From positions 24,446 to 81,789 of the forward strand of contig MQRK01252249.1 of assembly GCA_001938485.1 (NCBI GenBank): DNA of 57,344 nt. Reading direction: 5' to 3'. Positions 52,286 to 57,344 of the stretch are shown one piece after another. Numbering within the stretch: the first letter of the stretch is position 1; each line of letters opens with the position of its first letter. The notes beneath the pieces are model-generated. The model searched no databases. It had not been told where the DNA came from and worked only from the letters and a program-made list of their open reading frames with translations. Made by a program: the position numbers and the translations under genes. Source of the DNA: Girardia tigrina. Taxonomy: Eukaryota.

Positions 52286-54470
52286 TGTACAAACACATTT
52301 ATACTTATAAAAAAATAATAATTAAATTATTAATTTTTAAGTTTGTTCAATATTCACAATTTTTATAAAAATAAAATTTTGAAATCAACCGTGTTTTTCT
52401 CATTTTTATAAATGTCGTCGACAACAGAATGGACTGAAAATCAATGAAAACAAATGCAAATTCCATCAACTTAATGTGAATTTTCTGGGTTTTAACATCT
52501 CGTGTGAGGGAATACAACCAATTCAAGACAAGATTGACCAGATAATGAATATAAAAGCTCAAGCAAATGGCAAAGTACTGAAACGCTTCATTGGAGCAGT
52601 AACTTTCTATCAGAGGATGATACCACATTTATCGCAAATAATATCACCTTTACATGATTTAGCCGCATCAGCCAACAACAAGAGGAAGCTGTTTATTTGG
52701 ACGAGAAAACACCAGGAAGCATTCGAAACGTGTAAACAGAGTCTATCAAACAATACCTCGATGGCAGTACCCAAACAGGAGAAAATCATGGTACTATACA
52801 TGGACGCTTCAACTAACGCAATCGGTACAAGTCCTAATCAATACAATACATCAGAAAAAAACTGGAGCCAATAGCCTTTTTCTCTCGCAAACTCAATGGA
52901 GCAGAAAAGAAATACTCAGCATTTGACAGAGAACTCATAGCAGTATATCTCTCGATCAAACACTTTAAATATCATTTAGAAGGAACCAAATTCATTCTGC
53001 AAACCGATCACAAACCCATACTGCACATTCATAGCATGATAGAACCATCCAACAAACAATGGAGATGGATCGAATTCATTACTAGTTTCTCATTCGACAT
53101 GCAACATGTGGCAGGAAAATCAAAAGCAATTGCAGACTACCTATCAAGACCAGATCATGAGATATCTAATTTGAATCGAATATAAACTCAAGAATTAGCC
53201 AGAGAGCAAGTCATTGATCCAAGTCTTCGAAACCACAGAGCAACATCTCTGAACATACAAACCAAAAATGGATTGTTAATCGATACAACAAAAAAGGACA
53301 GAATTATTTTGCCAAACAAATACAGATTCCAAGAATTCTCGAGACTGCACAATATAGCCCATCCAGGAGTCAAAACAACAACCAGTCTTTTAGCAAAACG
53401 ATATGTGTGGCCAAAAATGAGGTCTGAAATCAGGCAATGGGTACGAGGCTGCCATGAATGCCAAAAAACCAAAATAAACAAACATACAAAATTTTCACTT
53501 GAGACATTTCCAAACCGTGGACGATTCAAAGTGGTCCACATTGATATTGTTGGTCCTCTCCTGCAATTAGAAGGTAAAAGATTCATTTTAACTCTAATTT
53601 ACAGGCAGACATCATGGACAGAAGCCATACCAATTAAAGAAATCTCGGCAACAAAGGTAGTCAAAACATTCGAAAGAGAGTGGATCTCTCGATATGGATG
53701 TCCTGAAATCATTATTTCCGATCAGGGGACCCAATTCTGCTCCAAAACATTAAACAAGCTATGTGAGAAATATGGCATCGAACATCGACGCACTACGGCC
53801 TATCACCCACAATGCAATAGGAAAGTGGAAAGGTTCCATCGCACAATGAAAAATGCCCTCCAAGCACATGAGAACAATGCAGAGAGCACTTGGGCAAAGG
53901 ATCTACCTTTAGTCATGCTAGGCATTAGAAATTCAGTAAGAAGCGATGAGCCTGTGACACCTTCGCAAATGGTATTCGGAAGCGCCGCCAACATTCCAGG
54001 TGAAATAATTATTGAACCGTACAATCATGAAACTCCAACACACTCGACTGTTGAGCAAGCAATAAAATATTACAACAGAATTCGTTACCGAAGACCAATA
54101 CATCAAACAATTTTTATTCAACAGGATCTATACAACTGTGAATATGTGTGGATCAGGCGTGAAACTAAAAGGTCTTCAAAATCCATATGAAGGACTGTTC
54201 AAGGTTATCAACCGAAGCACGGATTTGAAAACATTTGAAGTGAAAGTCGATGAAAATATCAAGCGCATTTCAGTAGATAGACTTAAACCCTGCTTCGGCA
54301 TACAAGATCTTCAAATATGAGGGGGAGTTATGTAGAAACACATTTCTACTTATAAAAAAAATAATAATTAAATTATTAATTTTTAAGTTTGTTTAAATAT
54401 TCAGTACTTTTGCAAAAATAAAATTTTGAAATCAAGCGTGTTTTTCTCATTTTTATAAATGTCGTCTTCA
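52286..54470 (+). mobile_element. Gypsy element with both LTRs and TSD but gag/PR/most of RT deleted
   Basis: LTRs 52286-52423 and 54331-54470 (TG..CA, roughly 90% identical), 5-bp TSD ACGAG, PPT gagggggag, RT tail FLGFNI, RNase H DAS..YSAFDREL..TDHKP. Confidence 0.95.
53273..54190 (+). CDS. Gypsy integrase ORF (HHCC zinc finger plus DDE core), frameshifted near the C-terminus
   Basis: HNIAHPG..CHEC, HIDIVGP, ISDQG, AYHPQCNRKVERFH. Confidence 0.85.
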   Translation: MLIDTTKKDRIILPNKYRFQEFSRLHNIAHPGVKTTTSLLAKRYVWPKMRSEIRQWVRGCHECQKTKINKHTKFSLETFPNRGRFKVVHIDIVGPLLQLEGKRFILTLIYRQTSWTEAIPIKEISATKVVKTFEREWISRYGCPEIIISDQGTQFCSKTLNKLCEKYGIEHRRTTAYHPQCNRKVERFHRTMKNALQAHENNAESTWAKDLPLVMLGIRNSVRSDEPVTPSQMVFGSAANIPGEIIIEPYNHETPTHSTVEQAIKYYNRIRYRRPIHQTIFIQQDLYNCEYVWIRRETKRSSKSI

Positions 54471-55413
54471 ACGAGAAATCGATTTATCAAATTTTAAGTC
54501 AACTCTTACGATATTATGTTAATCATATTATGTTAATTATGTTAATCCTAACGGTTGATATATTTAATTTTATACGCGGTAGCCTTTATTGGTAATTGTA
54601 TCTTGATATTTAATATGACTTGTTGATATTTAATATAATTTATCTTAATATTTGTTATTTTATTTAATTATCATGTAATTATAAATCGTATTTTAATTTT
54701 ATTGATATCCGAAAGTGTATCGCGTTTGAATTGGAGAAGAGTTATATTGCGCTTTTATACCATGATAGACCCCACCGTAGGGGAAGGTCGAGTTGTTAAT
54801 AAGTCGTTAACAAGGTGGTTCGCCGTCAGAGGTTATGTGAGTCAAAAGTGAGGGAGAGAACGATCGCTCGGCTTTGTCGGGAGTTAGAGAGTGAAATGAA
54901 TTTTAGAGTGTGAATAAATTATACAATTGTAAATATAAATTTTCAACTTTGATAATTAACTCCTTTTAGAGACTAGTTTGGTAACTTCATAAGTTGAGAA
55001 TTCAACTTTGGTTTATAGTTTATGATAGAATTTTATATTAATATGGTTTAACAATTGATAATTCCAATCCGATTTATAATCTTTCTCATTTTATGTGTAA
55101 TTTATAACGAGTTAGTAATTTCTTTTAATCGTTCTAGTAATTAATTTATTGATGGATAATGTACCAGTTAATAATACTAGTCTAATTATTGACCAAGTGA
55201 CTCAAATTGTAGTTAGTTTTCTTGGAGATGTTTTAGAGAAACGTTAGAGAGAAGTTTTAATGTTAGGGATTACGAGGGTGATACAAGGTACAGAGAAGAC
55301 TGATGTTGGTCAAGATGAGAGATAGCCTATGTTTGATTTCGTTAAAACATAATTTAGTTTTTTTTTAACAAATAATTGTCTTTTTGATATATAAGTAAAA
55401 AAATTAAAAGATA

Positions 55414-55418
<5 letters not shown>

Positions 55419-55452
<34 letters not shown>
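55419..55452. repeat. (TA)n microsatellite
   Basis: Perfect run. Confidence 0.95.
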
Positions 55453-55456
<4 letters not shown>

Positions 55457-55791
55457 TTTTGAATTGCATTTCTTTTAATAATGGTTAAATATTACAGTAA
55501 TTCCGCAGATGTTTTTAAAATAGAGTTACCAGTTGTAGCCGAATTGAAATAAATATACATCGATTAATTTTGCTTATTAACAATTAAAATTTGCGGAAAC
55601 GTGATTTTATTCAAAAATGAATCTTAACGAAGCAGATCCATTCGTAAATAAATCCTTGAATAAATGTGTGTCAAAAATTCTTAATAAAATCCTACAGTTG
55701 AGAGGAAGGTATCTATTAAGTTCAGATAAAGTTTAAATAACTGTGACTGAATAGAGTCTATTAAATCAAATATAATTATTGATAGAGAGAA

Positions 55792-56032
55792 TCGCAGAAC
55801 CTTTTAGAGGCGACGCGGGCCATCCCCGGCGAACACGCTGGAAAGTCGTCGTCTATCGCTCTGAGGCTATCTTCGCTCTAACATAAATTTTCATGTGAAT
55901 ATAAAATGAAGGCCCCTGTAAATATATATTAACATACACCTACCCCTCCAGATACTGTTGCTACCAGCCGGGCCATCCCCTATGCTGGTCAGGAACCCGT
56001 AGGCGTTCCGAAGTGTATACAGCTTACTGAAA
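55792..56032 (+). mobile_element. LTR-like family A, copy 5, cut by a Tc1 insertion
   Basis: agaacctttt..gacgc, ctatc..aggct.tcttcg and ctaccag.cgggc..tcag(g)aacccg.aggcg are collinear with copy 3. Confidence 0.6.
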
Positions 56033-56034
56033 TA

Positions 56035-56953
56035 CAGTCGTGGCCATAATTCACCGGTCACTCTTGCATTTGAAAGAAAATTAATATCTATGTGCGTGTG
56101 TGTATAAGTGCATGTAAATAATGTTCTTAACCAACATCCAATAAGAATACAGCTTTACTAGCATACCCACAATGCTATTATTATACATAAAAGTATTTGT
56201 GACTATTCCGACAAAACTGGCAACCAACCTTTACCCACTCTGAGGGCACAAATCGTCGCTTTACACGACACTGGAGTTTCGAACCGTGCAATTTCCCTGC
56301 GATTCAATATTAGCCGCACTGCAGTAACCGAAACTCTCCATCTTCATCAAGCCATCGGTGTCTTTGCCTATACGAAACGCAGTGGAAGGCCGCGTATCAC
56401 AAGCAAAGTGACAGATCGAGCCATTTTGAGATCCTACAAGACCAATCCATTTGCTGGTTCCCGCGGAATACAAGCTGATCTTCCAACTAACATTGATAAA
56501 TGGCCTAGCGCACGAACAATTCGTCGACGTCTGGTTGAAGGAAGCTTTCGATCGTACAAGCCTACCAAGAAACTGCGTTTATCGTCGAAGAATATTCGTG
56601 ATAGGCTCGCATTTGCAAAAGCTTACCAATATTGGACAGTGGATCAATGGCGTTCGGTGATGTTCAATGATGAAACCACAGTCTTTCAGCAAGGCACATG
56701 GATCCACACGGTGCGCCGACCGCCTGGTCACCGCTTTAGGCCACAGTACACTGTTCCGACTGTGCGGACTACGCCGAAAGTTATGATTTGGGGTGCAATT
56801 ACTGCCAGAGGTCGCTGTGGTCTATGGCTCTGTCCCAAGGGAACTACTATCACTTCGCCTGTGTACAACGGCATTCTTCGCGATAAAGTACAACGGTTCT
56901 TTCAAATGCGTCAGTTCAATTATTTCCAACATGACGGGGCTCCATGCCAATAG
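56035..56953 (+). mobile_element. Tc1-like element, 3'-truncated
   Basis: TA|cagtcgtggcc left end; RSGRPRIT, SARTIRRRL, VMFNDET, VMIWGAI and FQHDGAPC, then stop and loss of homology. Confidence 0.9.
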
Positions 56954-57344
56954 GTCGCTCTCATTATAATCTTTTATGATTTTTCCATAGTCCAATTCGA
57001 TAAATTGCTGTATTTTTTTACGTTTTTTTTATTAATCCGTTCGACGATCGATGATAATTGGAATTTTTTATCGGTAACGAATCGAAAGAATTGTGTGACA
57101 GATTGTTGATCGGTGTTACTGGTTTTTATTTTTTTCAATGGATAGACGATTTCGTCGAGTGGACAAGAAGAACGCTTTCATTTAACTCGTATGATGGTTG
57201 CCATTGTGAAAATGTAAATTTGAAAAAACAAATATTAGGTTGTTCGATATGAAACGGGTCAAACTTCACACCTTACATTTCAATCGCGTATAACTTAACT
57301 TTGAACTATCGTATGAAAATAAATAAGGTATTTCTTGACAGATA

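Overview
AT-rich, repeat-dense eukaryotic DNA with three assembly gaps (3852-4342, 39074-39163, 45321-46012). It is most likely from a triclad planarian; this is an inference from a scarf-type C-type lectin remnant, ~50-nt GT-AG introns and metazoan-type gene fragments. Most of the window is decayed, often nested transposons: Gypsy, Penelope-like, Tc1/mariner/maT, pogo, piggyBac and hAT. These are interleaved with disabled fragments of host genes: WDR34-like, a C-type lectin, CDK1, ANKRD27, a Pim-like kinase, PRMT1 and eIF2D. Two of the fragments still carry E2F-type promoter motifs. Only three candidates look intact: a secreted pacifastin-like protease inhibitor (395-685), a tail-anchored ORF (2808-3164) and a 4-exon 81-aa orphan missed by the ORF track (8300-8703). 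The most unusual non-coding signals are (i) five divergent LTR-like copies with covarying hairpins and an internal tRNA-Pro PBS-like motif and (ii) an array of RFX X-box-like palindromes at exact 21-bp spacing. All homology calls come from recalled motifs, not database searches.
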